Both the position numbers and the translations under genes were made by a program. This document shows positions 19,720 through 31,059 of a DNA stretch of 64,000 nt, one piece after another; the stretch's first letter is position 1, and each line of letters begins with the position of its first letter. The notes below the pieces were generated by a model that did no database searches, was not told where the DNA came from, and was given only the letters and a program-made list of their open reading frames with translations. The stretch comes from Limnochordia bacterium (GTDB lineage: Bacteria; Bacillota; Limnochordia; DTU080), in NCBI GenBank assembly GCA_050951545.1, contig JBMNJG010000009.1, positions 68,762 to 132,761 of the forward strand, in the 5' to 3' direction.

Positions 19720-20913
19720 ATGAATAGCACGTCTTTTTCCATCTGGTGCCATGCTCATGATCTGTTGGATGAAGGCCCCGCTGAAACGCTCACGCGGTTG
19801 GAGGCGACGGGACTCAACACTCTGGGGGTCGCGGCTTCCTACCACGCAGGGAGGTTCCTGTCACCACATAATCCCAAGCGTAAGGTAGTGCCACTCGAAG
19901 GTGGGGTCGTCTATTTCCGACCAAAAGTGGAACGCTATCCCCAACAGCTGAAACCGGTCCCCTCATCGCTTTGCACAGACATGGATCCGTTCAGCGTGAT
20001 TTCTTCCGTCGCTAGCCGTCATGGTTTTCGCATGCACGCTTGGCTGGTATGCCTTCACAATAGCCGTCTCGGGGCGAGCCAGCCATCCCTCACCATCGAG
20101 AATGCCTTTGGTGACCGCTATCTTCATGGGCTTTGCCCGAGCCAAAGTGCGGTACGGGACTTCGCCGTCGCTTTGTCCTGCGACGCGGCACGCTACCCAG
20201 TTCAGGCTCTGGACCTGGAGGCTCTGGCGTTCATGGGCTACGAGCATGCCTATCATCATGAAAAACGGGGCTTCGCAACCACGCGTTTGGATGCATTCCT
20301 TCTCTCGCTATGCTTCTGCCCATCCTGCCGCTCCGTGATCTCTCAGCGGGGAATCGATGTGGATGCATGCAGAATGAAAGTCCGATCCTACATAGAAAAG
20401 CGCTTCGCGGGCAAGGTACAAGCTCCGCCAATCGACAATGACGCACAACTACTGGATGCCTTCGAGGAGGTTCTTGGGGATGAAGGCCTCGAGATACTCT
20501 ACGCCCGTGAAAACACGATTATCACGCTTACGCAAGCAGTGAGAGCTGCCGTAAGGCCGGACGTAGAGCTTGTCTTGCGCACATCCTTCTCGCCTTTCTT
20601 TACTGGCGGCAAAAGTGCACTTCGGCCGCAAGCCGCCCGCAAAAGCGGAGTGCCTCTCATGTTCACCTTCTTTGGGGCGAACCCGGATCGCATCGGCCCC
20701 GCCGCACAAGAAATCCAACGCGAGTGCGGAAGCCAAAGACTGCATGCCGGAATCATGGCTTGCGCCCCTGATACCGAAAATGGCCCTCAGCTGCTGGACC
20801 GTTACCGAGCCCTGGGGCAGGGGTGGGATGGCATCCATTTCTATCACTACGGACTCATGCCACTCACAGGTCTTGACTGGATAGCTGAGGCACTCAGGGA
20901 CAGTCAAGGATGA
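19720..20913 (+). CDS. uncharacterised glycoside hydrolase-like TIM-barrel protein
   Basis: SYHAGR, AWLVCLHN, LCPS and FYHYG motifs; 3 nt after the LacI stop. Confidence 0.65.
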   Translation: MNSTSFSIWCHAHDLLDEGPAETLTRLEATGLNTLGVAASYHAGRFLSPHNPKRKVVPLEGGVVYFRPKVERYPQQLKPVPSSLCTDMDPFSVISSVASRHGFRMHAWLVCLHNSRLGASQPSLTIENAFGDRYLHGLCPSQSAVRDFAVALSCDAARYPVQALDLEALAFMGYEHAYHHEKRGFATTRLDAFLLSLCFCPSCRSVISQRGIDVDACRMKVRSYIEKRFAGKVQAPPIDNDAQLLDAFEEVLGDEGLEILYARENTIITLTQAVRAAVRPDVELVLRTSFSPFFTGGKSALRPQAARKSGVPLMFTFFGANPDRIGPAAQEIQRECGSQRLHAGIMACAPDTENGPQLLDRYRALGQGWDGIHFYHYGLMPLTGLDWIAEALRDSQG

Positions 20914-20984
20914 GGCACCCATGCTCATCATAGGATGGGCTGAGCGCCTACAGATGCCGTAGTGGCCGTGGAGTGAACCGATGC

Positions 20985-22727
20985 TCACTCGCAGTCGGCG
21001 GTTAGTGCTATGATGAAACCAGCCACCTGACGGCGCATTTCCTGAAGCGAACCCAACGTATGCTCTGCATTGAGGGCCCTGACGATACCACCATTTAGTC
21101 CGCGCGGTCCTGGCAAAGGTTGCTTCGGCCACCAGTCATCCTTGAGCGCCTCAAGGAAGATCTCAGCCTCCCTTACGACCTCAGGTCTGTTGTCTCTTTG
21201 CTCGTCTATCACCTGTTCCAGGGTAGCCAGATACCGTAGGTCGTCACCGCCCTCACGGTAGGTTTCCCAATGCCGCGTGGATAGAAGACTCCCATCCCTT
21301 GGGTCGATGAAGGCCATACCCATTGTCCCAGACGTGCCGACCGTGTCATCAAACAGATCTCCCTGCGGTTCCGAGTATGCCCAGAAGCCGTGTGTTTCGT
21401 ATGGTGATAGCCACAAATAGATACCGTTGATGATACGCATCCAACGAGGATCCATCTCCACTTCCGAGGCATTGTAGTACATCCAGAGGCGATCTCCTTC
21501 GGGATTCATGTACTTGGCGAGATCGTCAAACGTCCGGCCCATTGCCAGCCAGGCATCAGTAGCTGCCCCATGGTAGTTACGTATATGAACTAGAGGGTCG
21601 ACCCATTGCATCAATGCTTCATCTTCGTGGGGATAGAAAGTGTTATAGAACTTCAGGGCCTCGATTTCCACCGCAGGGCGGGTCAAGAGCTCGTATCTGT
21701 CGCGTTTTTCCTTTTTGAAAATCTCATCGAGATGCTGGAGCACGATTTCTACACCGAGTTCTTCCTCCAACTCCACAAGGGCTGTGCCAAGATCCTTGAG
21801 CGCGCGTCGATAAAGCTCCAACTGTTGCGGTTCTGGCAGCAGACCACCCAACCGATCCCACAATGCGGGCAGACCACTGTCTACTATGTAAGGCTCTTCA
21901 AAACCATACTCGCGCATCTCCTTTATCACGGTACGCACATCACGAAAATCCGGCACAAACCGGAACTCACCGCCGAGTGGTCTGATCCGGTATGTTATCC
22001 TCGCCCTGACGATAGCATGCCGTAGCCCATGATCTCTCATATCCTGAAAGTCTCGTTGCCTCTGCTCCGGAGAGCGCTCTCCATAGTTTCTGTAGTATAT
22101 GCTAAGACGCTTCTCGCTGTCGCGAAAGGAGAATGGTAGGATCTCCACTCGGATGGGTAGACGGAGTTCGCCATGAGGGGGAGCAGTAACGCTGACATGA
22201 CCTAGGTACTCCCCTGCACTGGCGCTCTCCGGCACCTTGACAGTCAGCCAGATCTGTTTCATCTGCCCTTCGCGCAAGTTGAATGGTTGATACATTTCGA
22301 GAAAGAAGGCGTCTGGCACAAGGTTTTCTGCAAGGGGGGCGGCCGAGTAACGCCAACGGCGTGACATCCAGCGAACGCAGCGCATTTCGATATTGCCAAC
22401 CGGAATCGTTTCCCCTGACGAACAACACAGATCAGTCACCCGCACCTCAACCCGCTCCAGATTCTGCTGTGCGTAGATGACGAAACTCAGCGGTTCGTAC
22501 TCGCCCGGTGTGACAAAGACAGACAGGCGATTGGATGCTGATTGCGGTAAACGGTCCGGTGTTACGTTTTCCATGTAGTCAATGGCCATCAGATTGTAGG
22601 GTTGCGGCGGCAGTGAGAAGCTGTACGCCTCAAGTGTATTATCAGCAGCCCGAACTTCTGACGATACAAAGAGAGCAAAGACTAAAAGGCAGATGGTCGA
22701 TACGCTGAGCCTTCGCCAGTCATTCAC
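20985..22727 (-). CDS. secreted GH123/DUF4091-like putative glycoside hydrolase
   Basis: GTG at 22727 gives a signal peptide; PGEYEP, WLTVKVP..A.AGEY.G, LDE and WETYREGGDDLRY motifs. Confidence 0.65.
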   Translation of the reverse strand: MNDWRRLSVSTICLLVFALFVSSEVRAADNTLEAYSFSLPPQPYNLMAIDYMENVTPDRLPQSASNRLSVFVTPGEYEPLSFVIYAQQNLERVEVRVTDLCCSSGETIPVGNIEMRCVRWMSRRWRYSAAPLAENLVPDAFFLEMYQPFNLREGQMKQIWLTVKVPESASAGEYLGHVSVTAPPHGELRLPIRVEILPFSFRDSEKRLSIYYRNYGERSPEQRQRDFQDMRDHGLRHAIVRARITYRIRPLGGEFRFVPDFRDVRTVIKEMREYGFEEPYIVDSGLPALWDRLGGLLPEPQQLELYRRALKDLGTALVELEEELGVEIVLQHLDEIFKKEKRDRYELLTRPAVEIEALKFYNTFYPHEDEALMQWVDPLVHIRNYHGAATDAWLAMGRTFDDLAKYMNPEGDRLWMYYNASEVEMDPRWMRIINGIYLWLSPYETHGFWAYSEPQGDLFDDTVGTSGTMGMAFIDPRDGSLLSTRHWETYREGGDDLRYLATLEQVIDEQRDNRPEVVREAEIFLEALKDDWWPKQPLPGPRGLNGGIVRALNAEHTLGSLQEMRRQVAGFIIALTADCE

Positions 22728-22944
22728 TGCAATACCCCCCATAGACACCTGATACTTCCTCGGGACGTTTGCAGACGCGTCGGATCCAGATTTGTGATCC
22801 AACTTGTCGCCACCTTATGCCTTGACGCTATGGCCACCTGACCGCGCGGTTCTTTCTGAGGCCGCGGGGCGTCTGCGACACGATGGCAATCACACCCCGG
22901 GTCCTCCTCCGGGCTTTGCCATATCTAGCAGAGTGACTCGCCCT

Positions 22945-24891
22945 CTACTGCACCAAAATCAGAGCATACACCGCAAACGGTGGGATCTCCACGCTGCGCA
23001 AGCCATCCTCCGTCTGTATCTCAAGCGATTCCTCAGGTCCATCGGGCGTAAGCATGTGCGCTGCTGCACCTCGAGCGAGGTGCAAGCGCAAGTTGGCTGC
23101 CTTCTGCGATGCCGCGTAGTTGACCAAATGAATAGCTAGCCCGCCAGAGGGCAGCTCCCAGGCGTTGACAGTGACCTCTGTGCTGCCAGACAGGCGAACG
23201 ATCAACCTCTCTTTGCCGGCTTCCGCTACTGCAGCAGCAATCTGCTGCCAGCCTTCAGGCAGGGGCACGCGCACTGTGTAACCAGCCTCTACATCCGTCT
23301 CAGCAAGGTGACCGGCAAGGCGAATCACCGCATCGTCAGCTATGCCTGCGAAGGGATCCTCTGGTCGTTCAAACCCGTGCTCATCACGATAGCCATTTTC
23401 GCCGATCAGTACGACTGCTTTTCCATGCTCCGCAAAAGAGCGAATGGCTACGCACTCCTGATCACTGAGGTGAGACTGTCCGGCCACCACCAATACAGCG
23501 AAGTCCTCAAGTTCACTGAGGTCATCCGTGAAGAGCACTTCCCAGGAGAAACCCCCGCGCAACAGCGCCTCCTCAGTACCAAATAGGGATTCCATTGTCT
23601 GGCCTGTGTCGTAGACCTCAGAGCCGAAAGAGTGGAGCACAGCCACGTCGTTGACGGGGCGAGCGCCTTGCAGCTTCGCCTCGTTGGCTCGTACAAACCC
23701 CTGGTAATGCTGTAGAGCTTGCTGCAGGTCGGGCCTATCGATACGCATGCGGTCGCCGCCATCGCCCATGGGACGCAAAGCCCAGTTGTTTCCCGGAATA
23801 CCACCATTGGCAGCCGCCTCAGCTATCTGTAGCCCTATGGCCTCTGCCGTTTCGGGCAGACCCAAACTGCTTTCCCGCCCTCTCTGCCAGGTAGTGGAGA
23901 CCACACGATAACCTGCAGCCGCGCCGTGCTTGTAGGCACGCACTTGCGAGATCAGCAGATCGTTGTCCATGTCCATACCTGGGAACTGGCCGTTCTCAGC
24001 AAACAGCAGGTCTAGATGCTTTCCTATGAGGGGCACCCACACGCTCAGGTCATGTGCAGCGTGGGGATTACGCGGGTAAGCCGGATTCCCCAGCAAGATC
24101 ACGTCGGGGCGCACAGAGCGCGCATAATCCGCCAGCTCGCCCAGGTAATCGGCTAGTGACTCACAGCGGAAGCGTACCCAAGCCTGGATAAGGGGATCAT
24201 TGATGCGCGTCGGCGATCGCCTATCGGGCGGCTGACGTACATGCTCAACGGTAGCCAAGCCAAAACGCCCTCTGGGTGAAGGGTACCGGGCAGTCAACCA
24301 CTCCCTGAAGGCCGCCTCGCATACGTTGCAGTAGCAGGGCTCAGCATAGCAGTTATCAAAGTGTAGGCCGTCAAGCCCCACCTCCTCCAACCCGACCCGT
24401 ATCGCCCGCTTCATGTATTCGCGGAAATCCTGGTTCAGAATGCATGGTGCCCAGCGGTAGTAGGCAGCACCCCACGTTCGCGGCTGACCCAAGGGGTCGC
24501 GCTGCGCCCATGCGACAGCACCCGGCTCCTCGGCAAGTAACGACTCGTAGTATAGCGAGCGGGATTGGCAATAGCCCAACACCCGTACCCCGTGCTGATG
24601 CGCCAAACGGACCAAGGCCGCTGTACGCTCGTGCTCAGCATGCTCGTGTTGCAGACCAAAACCCTTGAAGAAGTGCGTGATGGCCATGTTCACCCCCAGG
24701 CTGGCCATAAGCGCCATGAGCTCTTCGGAATGCAACCTGTCGTACCATTGGTTCAGCCAAGGCGCTCTTCCATCCACTGCCCCCGCATTACGAGCTAGCC
24801 GTCGATAATGGTCCAACGGCTCCCAACCCCACCATGACCAGTACAAAGGACTGTCGGCCACTTTCGCTACCTTCGATCTCTGCTCGATCAC
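22945..24891 (-). CDS. putative glycoside hydrolase (TIM barrel plus beta-galactosidase trimerisation-like domain)
   Basis: GTG at 24891 after AAAGGGAG; LDGLHFDN, CYCNVC, DVAVLHS and HLVNY motifs; paralog of next gene. Confidence 0.7.
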   Translation of the reverse strand: MIEQRSKVAKVADSPLYWSWWGWEPLDHYRRLARNAGAVDGRAPWLNQWYDRLHSEELMALMASLGVNMAITHFFKGFGLQHEHAEHERTAALVRLAHQHGVRVLGYCQSRSLYYESLLAEEPGAVAWAQRDPLGQPRTWGAAYYRWAPCILNQDFREYMKRAIRVGLEEVGLDGLHFDNCYAEPCYCNVCEAAFREWLTARYPSPRGRFGLATVEHVRQPPDRRSPTRINDPLIQAWVRFRCESLADYLGELADYARSVRPDVILLGNPAYPRNPHAAHDLSVWVPLIGKHLDLLFAENGQFPGMDMDNDLLISQVRAYKHGAAAGYRVVSTTWQRGRESSLGLPETAEAIGLQIAEAAANGGIPGNNWALRPMGDGGDRMRIDRPDLQQALQHYQGFVRANEAKLQGARPVNDVAVLHSFGSEVYDTGQTMESLFGTEEALLRGGFSWEVLFTDDLSELEDFAVLVVAGQSHLSDQECVAIRSFAEHGKAVVLIGENGYRDEHGFERPEDPFAGIADDAVIRLAGHLAETDVEAGYTVRVPLPEGWQQIAAAVAEAGKERLIVRLSGSTEVTVNAWELPSGGLAIHLVNYAASQKAANLRLHLARGAAAHMLTPDGPEESLEIQTEDGLRSVEIPPFAVYALILVQ

Positions 24892-24916
24892 TGAACACCG
24901 CTCCCTTTCTTTTCCA

Positions 24917-26881
24917 TCAGCGAAGGGCCACACAGGCATAGGTCTGCAACTGCGGAACCGCGAAATGCAGTCCAACGTCATCACGGATGACAGCCAGCGA
25001 ACTACCTGATAGGGAAGCGTCGTCAGGCGTGTACAGCGTCGCTCGGACATTGTGTGCCAGCGCGAGCGCCAACGTGACTGCCACCTTCTTGGGCGGGCCA
25101 TCGTTGTCGTAATTCACCAAGTGTAGCACCACGGCCCCTGAACGCGTTTCATACAGATCTGCTGCTACATAGCCCTCTGCGCCTACCGTTAGTGGCAACG
25201 AGTTGCGGCTCACCCTGTGCACTGCCGAGACCATCTCCTCCCAACGAGGAGGCAGGTGAGGGACATAATTCACCTCTGGCTTGCGATCACTCCCCAAGGC
25301 CCTGATGCCTCGCAGTGCGTCCGGCAGATAGGCTACGTTTTCCCTGTCGCAAAGATGCTCCAGAGCACAACCTAGACGCTGCCGCAACCTCTCATCGTAG
25401 ATGCCTGTGGGACCGGCAATCACTAGACCGCCTCCCGCGGCGACATACTCCTCAAACAAGGCCACTTCAGCATCACTCAAACACGTCTGCCCCGCCAAGA
25501 TGATCACATCGTAGTCATGAATGCGTTCTCTCTGACCCGAGGGCACGATATCATGCGGAATCTGCCGCCATATCAGGGCTTGCTCGAAGCCTACCAGGCC
25601 GGGATAGGCAGTCTTGGCGTTAAGCGTCATTGACGCATACGACCAGTACAAGGCCACATTGGCCAAGCTCTTGGTGTTCTGCCAAAGTTCCTCATGATCG
25701 CGGTAAAACTGCATGTACTGTTTCATGGGGGCATAGATCTCGGGGCGTTCGAAGTAAGCCCCGTCAGGCGGTGTGCCTGGTCTTAGAGCCCAAGTGCCAG
25801 CAATGACCTGGCCACCGTAGGCGCCATGTTCGGCCAGATCAAGCTTGACCTCCGCCGCACTCTCAGCACGCCGCAGACCCGGTTTCTCCGGGTCACGAAA
25901 CCATGATGTCGACAGACCAACACGCTCCACGGCCTGGGCCATCTTCAGCGGTCGGACGCGGTTGATGACTCCTTCATTGCCGTGCACATGAGGCAGGTCC
26001 CAGTTTTCCAGAATGATCAGATCGGGCCGATATCCGTCAGGCCGTTCCATCGACGAATCGCTTAGATAGGTGGCCACAATCGCCTCGGGATTGAGCTCCT
26101 TGACGTAATCGTGCAGACGAAATAAACGCTCATCCTTGACGACGTTGCGAAAAGCCACCAGCTCCTGGTAAAGAGGATCTCGTGGGTTACTAGCTGGACA
26201 AATACGAACGAAGTCTAAGCAGCCAATGCCGAAGCGTTCCTCTATCTCCCTTCGAGGCACTTGTGCGTACTTCTGGTTAAGGTACTCCCGAAACCTCTGC
26301 TGGCATCGCTCACAGTGGCAATCATAGGTACCACCGTCCCATTCAATGCCATCGAGCTTGGCCTCTACCAGTGCCTGGTGTACGCTCTTTTTCAGATACT
26401 CAATGTGCTCGTCGCAGGTAGCGCACGCCAGCCAGCGCCAATATGCCCCACCGTAGGTGATCTTGGTACCGTTAGCATCAACCATAGCCCACTCGTCGAG
26501 ATTGGGCACTTCCCTAAGCATGGTCTCGTAGATGATAGTAGTCAGTTGGTGGTAGCCTAATACGCGGATACCGTAGCGATGGCAGAGCTCCGCGAAGGCC
26601 GCTGTCTTCTCCATCTCCTCCACGCCCGATTCAATGCCGAAGCCCTTGAAGAAACATGTGGTAACCAGATTCACTCCGAGCTCAGCTAACTTGGCGACGA
26701 TCTCTTCTGAATGCATGCGCTCGTAGTATTGGGTGTTCCAGCGCGCATTCCATACACCTATAGGGCCTGCGTTGCCGCCTTGACGTCGGTAATGTGCCAT
26801 GGGCTCCCACAGGGCCCATACCCAGCGCAGTTTCCCTTGCTGCACCCAATCTGGGACTTGGCTATCCAGCTTGGATCTCAC
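24917..26881 (-). CDS. putative glycoside hydrolase (TIM barrel plus beta-galactosidase trimerisation-like domain)
   Basis: GTG at 26881 after GGAGG; LDGIEWDG, CHCERC, NVALYWS and HLVNY motifs. Confidence 0.7.
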   Translation of the reverse strand: MRSKLDSQVPDWVQQGKLRWVWALWEPMAHYRRQGGNAGPIGVWNARWNTQYYERMHSEEIVAKLAELGVNLVTTCFFKGFGIESGVEEMEKTAAFAELCHRYGIRVLGYHQLTTIIYETMLREVPNLDEWAMVDANGTKITYGGAYWRWLACATCDEHIEYLKKSVHQALVEAKLDGIEWDGGTYDCHCERCQQRFREYLNQKYAQVPRREIEERFGIGCLDFVRICPASNPRDPLYQELVAFRNVVKDERLFRLHDYVKELNPEAIVATYLSDSSMERPDGYRPDLIILENWDLPHVHGNEGVINRVRPLKMAQAVERVGLSTSWFRDPEKPGLRRAESAAEVKLDLAEHGAYGGQVIAGTWALRPGTPPDGAYFERPEIYAPMKQYMQFYRDHEELWQNTKSLANVALYWSYASMTLNAKTAYPGLVGFEQALIWRQIPHDIVPSGQRERIHDYDVIILAGQTCLSDAEVALFEEYVAAGGGLVIAGPTGIYDERLRQRLGCALEHLCDRENVAYLPDALRGIRALGSDRKPEVNYVPHLPPRWEEMVSAVHRVSRNSLPLTVGAEGYVAADLYETRSGAVVLHLVNYDNDGPPKKVAVTLALALAHNVRATLYTPDDASLSGSSLAVIRDDVGLHFAVPQLQTYACVALR

Positions 26882-26948
26882 AGGCAATTCCTCCCTGCTC
26901 CGTAGGAGGGCGTCTCGTCGACGCCCTCTCACATCATGAGCCTCATGG

Positions 26949-28225
26949 TTAGTTCTTAGACCAGGCCTGCTGCAGTATAGCTTCTAGCAGCGGGTGCATG
27001 GTTTCTAGAACGATCTGCGGCGAGCTCTCTCCCCTCACGATCTTAATGAGGTACTCCTTCTGCAGCTTGTCTACTTCACTGTAGCTCGGAGGTGAGGGTT
27101 GGACCACCGTACGCTCGAAGGACTCCAAAATGGCTCTCCGGTTCTGGAATGAATCTGGGGTGAAGTTCAGATTCCTAGCCCTGGCGTCGAACTTGAGGAA
27201 GTAGTCGCGTAGCGCACCTAACCCAGCAGGACTTAAGCCTTGACTCATGGCCATTTCCTGCACAGCTGGCGTCATCCAGTACTTCAGGAAACTCCACGCT
27301 GCCTCGGGATGTGCAGCGCCGCTGGACATACTGATACCAGCACCGCTACCGTAGGTAATCGACCCTCCCGGCGCAATCGGCCACAGTTCAACGTCCCAGT
27401 CGTGGGTCATGTTGTTAAGCTGACCGAATATCCCTTGGATGGCTCCCATCATCGCTAGCTTGCCGTCACGAAATGCCGCTTGTTCACCGAGCTGAGCGGG
27501 TGATACCTGCCACGTGTTGAAAGTGTCGTACACCCAGTCAAACGCCTCGCGGACCTTGGGATCGAGCAAGTTCGAATGACGCAGATCGGATGTCCACATC
27601 ATCGTCCCCCAGAACAAAGGAGCCATGGTGTGCATGTTGATCGACTTGAATCCCCATTGATCGGGCACACCATCACCGTCAATGTCCCGAGTGAGCTTGC
27701 GAGCCTGGGCTACCAGCTCCTCGGTCATTCGCCAACTCCGGTCAGGGTAGCCAATGCCACTTACATCAAAAAGCGACTTGTTATACCACAGGAGGTGGGT
27801 GCTGAGCTGATGAAGGAATACCGGTCATACGGCCATTGCTCGAAAAGGCGTCCACCCCGCCTTTCGGAAAAAACCTGTACAGATCCACACGGTCCTGCTT
27901 GATGAAGGTACTCAGATCAGCAAACAGACCACATTCAACGTTCTCTCCATGCGTTAGCATGTGCGTCAACGCCAAATCCGGAGGTGTACCAGCGGCGCTA
28001 CGCACAAACAGAGCTTCCTGCAAAGCAAACGCGTTTCCACCATGCGACTGCATCTCAACGGCTGTATCCTGGATGCTTAGCCGCGAAATCCGCGAGAATC
28101 GGCTGCCAACGAACGGTATCGCCCCAAACAAGGAAGGTCACTGTGGTCTTAGCCGTCGCGGTCGCGCTGAGTACCATGGTCACCAACAACGCCGTTACTA
28201 GAAACCTTGTCAGACTCACTCTCAT
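26949..28225 (-). CDS. sugar ABC transporter solute-binding protein (frameshifted in this sequence)
   Basis: ORFs 28055..28243, 27781..28131 and 26949..27728 give consecutive SBP parts (signal peptide/VTFLVWG; AAGTPPDL; DIDGDGVPDQWG...AAWSFLKY); ATG overlaps the upstream TGA. Confidence 0.8.
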
Positions 28226-30243
28226 TGGTGTTCTCCCTTCCATAGGAATTGTGTCCTCTGGGTCGCGAGATGAAGGGCCTGTGACGCCCCGGTTGCCTCG
28301 TAGCAGGCCAGTGCAGGGGCAAGACCTTCACCAGCCGGTAGAAGAAACTCGGTAGCTGACATGATCGACGCCACACGACACGGACGGGGGGCCATTAGAC
28401 CGACAAGGTGAGCTACATCACCTACCTCACATAGCAGCCTTGGAACGAACACCGAAGCGAAATCCCGACGTGGATGGTCAATCGGAGGTATCAGCGAGGC
28501 GGGTAGTTCCTCAAGGTGCGCAAGAGCTATGGTGTCGTCGATCACTCCGGCCAGCAGCGCTACCACGGCACCGAAACCCCGCCCGTGTAGCTCCAGCGGA
28601 GCGTTTCCCACCTCGCTTCGCAACCATCCCACAGCCGTAAGCGCATCCTGCAGCCGTAGACCTAGCAGAGGTACATCATAGCCCAGTCCCTTTTGCACTG
28701 CCACCCACTCATCTTCAACCCCATCAACTGAGAGTTCGCACGCCCGCAACTCACCCCAACCCCGAGCATCGATCGCTAGGCCCACGTAGTCTTCGTTTGC
28801 TGCTTCTGTCAGTACGCCTTGGCTCCAGTTGGAATGCTTGCCATCGCTATCAATGATCAACCGTACACCATTGACGGACCCCACCGGCTGCGAAAGCATC
28901 CCAGCTAGGGGCGTGAAACGGTCTGACCAGATCACCACCCCTTTTGTTCCTGACGACCCTTGAGAAAGAGTGGTGGACACTTGCTGCGCCCCTGGTGGAG
29001 GCACAGCAGCCTCCCGGAGCAGCAACGAAGCAAGACGCTCCTGCAGTCGCCGCCGGAAAAAAGACCACTCATCCCTACAATGGGGAGGCACCCAATCAGC
29101 AAGCTGCTGACGAGCTTCCTCACGGACTACTGCATCAAGTGATCGGCATAGCTCTGGTGGTTTTGGGGAGTAGCAGATGAGGGCGGGGTCCTCTGGCACA
29201 AGCGGAGGCACATCAGTTGACTCGGTGGCTGCTTCTGGGTCAGTGATCCCCATCAGATGCTGCAAAAAGAACGCATAGGCTGCCTCGCGTTTGCTACGAG
29301 ACAGGCTATGCGCCTCTTCGGAGATGAACTGAGCGATTTGCTCCTCCTCCTCATAGAGGGCGTACACGCGCTTAGCCTGACGAAACACGCTGCGCTGCAA
29401 ATCCCAAGGAAACACCCGATCTAGAGATCCGCTGACCAGCAGCAAAGGGCGCGGGGCGACAAGCCCCAGTATATGATGCACTTCGGCGTGGGGTATGAGC
29501 TGCGGGGCCAGGTTACAGACACAAATGTCTCGTTCTTTGGCATGGTTGTACCGGAAGGACGTGGTGGCATCCGAAACAACAGCGGCATTTATGCGTGAAT
29601 CGAGGGCCGTGACCCAGATGGTTTGGGTACCACCACCCGAGTTGCCGATGCAACCGATACGGCCAGAGTCTACCTCAGGCCGCTGGCATAGTACATCCAA
29701 GCACTTCATGTTGTCCCAGATCTCCATACCCACAAGCGAAGTCCCAATCACAAACGGTGAGCCCATCCCGTTGTGTCCCTGAAGCCAGCGTTCGCCGAGT
29801 CCAATCGCATCCGGAGCAAGCACCACAAAGCCCTTACGGGCCAGACCAATGTAAAGAGACTGGTAGGCAGCCGCTGTCTTACCCCGCTGACCACTATGAC
29901 CATGGGGGCACAGAATGGCTGGTGCTGGACCTGACATGACACGCGGCAAATACAAGTTGGCAGTGATCATGAACCCGGGTCTACTCACGATCGAGAAGCG
30001 CTCCACCGAAATATCCGTGAATTGGGTCGTCCCCAGTGAGTGGGCAACCGGCTGCACAGGTTTGAGGGGAGTCACGCCAAGCGTGTGATGTAGCCTGGCG
30101 CGCAATCCCGAAGCCATCTCCTCCCAAGCCGCAAGAGTGGTGGGCGTAGCCGGAACATCGCATTTGCTGGCGACATAATCGAAAGCATCCCAGAGTGATC
30201 TGGCTGCCTGAATCCGATCCCCATTGCACAAGACTGCTGCCAC
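28222..30243 (-). CDS. two-domain alpha/beta hydrolase (acetylxylan esterase/dienelactone hydrolase-like)
   Basis: ILCPHGH, nucleophile elbow IGNSGGGTQ, LVAPRPLL; degenerate second domain. Confidence 0.82.
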   Translation of the reverse strand: MAAVLCNGDRIQAARSLWDAFDYVASKCDVPATPTTLAAWEEMASGLRARLHHTLGVTPLKPVQPVAHSLGTTQFTDISVERFSIVSRPGFMITANLYLPRVMSGPAPAILCPHGHSGQRGKTAAAYQSLYIGLARKGFVVLAPDAIGLGERWLQGHNGMGSPFVIGTSLVGMEIWDNMKCLDVLCQRPEVDSGRIGCIGNSGGGTQTIWVTALDSRINAAVVSDATTSFRYNHAKERDICVCNLAPQLIPHAEVHHILGLVAPRPLLLVSGSLDRVFPWDLQRSVFRQAKRVYALYEEEEQIAQFISEEAHSLSRSKREAAYAFFLQHLMGITDPEAATESTDVPPLVPEDPALICYSPKPPELCRSLDAVVREEARQQLADWVPPHCRDEWSFFRRRLQERLASLLLREAAVPPPGAQQVSTTLSQGSSGTKGVVIWSDRFTPLAGMLSQPVGSVNGVRLIIDSDGKHSNWSQGVLTEAANEDYVGLAIDARGWGELRACELSVDGVEDEWVAVQKGLGYDVPLLGLRLQDALTAVGWLRSEVGNAPLELHGRGFGAVVALLAGVIDDTIALAHLEELPASLIPPIDHPRRDFASVFVPRLLCEVGDVAHLVGLMAPRPCRVASIMSATEFLLPAGEGLAPALACYEATGASQALHLATQRTQFLWKGEHQ

Positions 30244-30288
30244 GGCACCTCCCCCTCTCAGCAGGATTGGTGACCCTAAGCTATGGTT

Positions 30289-31059
30289 CTACTGGCTGAC
30301 ATCCAGCTCATCCGCTACCGATCGCAACCACTTCAGATACTCGGCAGTCTCATACTGCTTCACTTTCTCGAGCCAATGTACAAACGCCACATAGGTCTTC
30401 TCCCGAGGCAACTGGTCTTTCTCGCGCCACTGCTCCTCGATGAAGGGTAGTTCCGTGAACTGCAGGCCCTTCTCCTCACACAACTTGCGGGAAATGTGAT
30501 GGGCTTCGTGACTGATCTGAGACCGCAGTAGCAGCTCACGAGCCTGGCCGGATGGGACAGCGACCACACCGTCACAGTCACCGACGATAATGTCGCCGGG
30601 ATGTACCTGAACACCGCCGCATTTGACCGGGGCGTTCATCTCGCCGGCGATCTTCGACGCCCCGGCAAAGGGGCTAATGGCCCTGGTGAAAACAGGAAAC
30701 CCCAATTCACGCAGATGATTTGAGTGGAACACGGCTCCGTCCACCACGACCCCCGCTGCCCCTTTGCCACGTACTGCAAAGGTCATGAGGTGCCCCCACA
30801 CACCCGTTTTGTAGTCGCCCCCCGTATCAATCACCAATACGTCACCGGGCTTCACCACATCAAGAACGCCTTTGTTGATCATCGCGCCGCGCAATGTTAA
30901 CGCCCGACCAGCCATGTGCATGCCCGGATCCAAAGGCTTGATCTGTGTATCCATCACTTGATCAATACCTACGAAACCGCCAATTTCCATGGTCTCCAGA
31001 CGGGAGTAAGCTGCTATGACATCATCTGTGACCTGTGGTTGCTCTGCATCAATAGTCAT
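30289..31059 (-). CDS. RraA/HMG aldolase family protein
   Basis: PGDVLVID, GVVVDGAV and PGDIIVGDCDGVVAVP motifs. Confidence 0.87.
   Translation of the reverse strand: MTIDAEQPQVTDDVIAAYSRLETMEIGGFVGIDQVMDTQIKPLDPGMHMAGRALTLRGAMINKGVLDVVKPGDVLVIDTGGDYKTGVWGHLMTFAVRGKGAAGVVVDGAVFHSNHLRELGFPVFTRAISPFAGASKIAGEMNAPVKCGGVQVHPGDIIVGDCDGVVAVPSGQARELLLRSQISHEAHHISRKLCEEKGLQFTELPFIEEQWREKDQLPREKTYVAFVHWLEKVKQYETAEYLKWLRSVADELDVSQ

Noticed and set aside
20449-21132. Long antisense or alternate-frame ORFs such as this 227 aa one
   Set aside because: They overlap better-supported genes and are typical shadow ORFs of GC-rich DNA.
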